A DNA stretch of 45,275 nt, taken from assembly GCA_013329215.1 (NCBI GenBank), contig DUKS01000029.1, positions 426 to 45,700 of the forward strand, given 5' to 3'. Positions 44,745-45,275 of the stretch are shown in pieces. Within the stretch, counting starts at the first letter, position 1; every line of letters begins with the position of its first letter. A program made the position numbers and the translations under genes. Origin of the DNA: Nanobdellota archaeon (GTDB lineage: Archaea > Nanobdellota > Nanobdellia > SCGC-AAA011-G17 > GW2011-AR17). Below the pieces are notes generated by a model. The model did no database searches. It was given only the letters and a program-made list of their open reading frames with translations, and was not told the DNA's origin.

Positions 44745-45275
44745 ATGCTGGTTGACTATGCAAGAAAGCATCCGGGCGGTGAAATCCCGGCCAGGTACTG
44801 CCTTGGCAAAGGGCACATCAAATTCTTTAAGAACAAGGTGAAGTATCTGCAAAAACGGTTCGGCATGATCCAGAAAGAGATGAAAAAGCGGGGCTTTAGG
44901 CCGAAGGCACGGTTCAGCATAAAAGGCATAAGGCTTGTAAGCAAGGTGGGGGATATCGAGGCATACTTTGATGAAGCAAGGATAGGGGAGGTTCTGGAGA
45001 ACCTGATAGGCAATGCGACTAAATTTACACATTCAGGGAGCATAGTGCTAAACGCAAAAAAGAGGAAAAGAGATGTCCTTGTAAGCGTGAAGGATTCTGG
45101 TATGGGGATTGAAAAAAGCGGCCTGAAAAAGCTGTTTCATCCATTTTCGCAGATAGAGCCTTCTTATGCGCTTCACCATAAAGGTACGGGGCTTGGCCTG
45201 TCAATATGCCGCCTTCTGATAGGCATGCATTGCGGGAAGATATGGGTGGAATCAGCAGGTAGGGGAAAAGGTTCA
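44745..45275 (+). CDS. Open frame to window end: DenV-like C-terminal part fused to a histidine-kinase ATPase (HATPase_c) domain
   Basis: Hand translation gives IPARYCLGKGHIKFFKNKVKYLQKR...EMKKRGF, then N box VLENLIGNATKFT, G1 VKDSGMGI, F box LFHPF, G2 GTGLGLSIC. Confidence 0.75.
   Translation, partial: MLVDYARKHPGGEIPARYCLGKGHIKFFKNKVKYLQKRFGMIQKEMKKRGFRPKARFSIKGIRLVSKVGDIEAYFDEARIGEVLENLIGNATKFTHSGSIVLNAKKRKRDVLVSVKDSGMGIEKSGLKKLFHPFSQIEPSYALHHKGTGLGLSICRLLIGMHCGKIWVESAGRGKGS

Overview
Archaeal chromosomal window, most likely from a DPANN/Woesearchaeota-like lineage. That call is inferred from the archaeal informational genes, an unlinked and divergent 23S rRNA, many MNT/HEPN modules, and TATA boxes about 24 nt upstream of apparently leaderless genes. 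Housekeeping content: 3' end of 23S rRNA, tRNA-Gly(GCC), Nth, an RsmB/NOP2 methyltransferase, the GINS-L44e-S27e-aIF2alpha-Nop10 cluster, ApgM, TruD and thymidine kinase. Accessory content: surface proteins and pilins, several toxin-antitoxin modules, and four regulator-headed cassettes. The strongest candidate for an undescribed system is a compact RiPP-like operon at 17128-19126. It encodes a 67-aa peptide with a duplicated PxNxECAAIP core, a radical SAM enzyme with a reduced SPASM/twitch domain, a SAM methyltransferase and a 49-aa membrane peptide, opposite an AbrB/PhoU-type regulator. Other notable items: (1) a 12-strand outer-membrane-type beta-barrel-like protein in an archaeon; (2) a T4 endonuclease V-like gene split by a 214-bp array of four related hairpins and fused to a histidine-kinase ATPase domain; (3) a family of tiny GNA-minihairpin elements that duplicate gene starts; (4) a HemN-like radical SAM plus NMP kinase pair; (5) a tandem MazG-like/PEP-phosphohistidine fusion next to thymidine kinase. 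All calls come from reading motifs by eye; no database searches were run.
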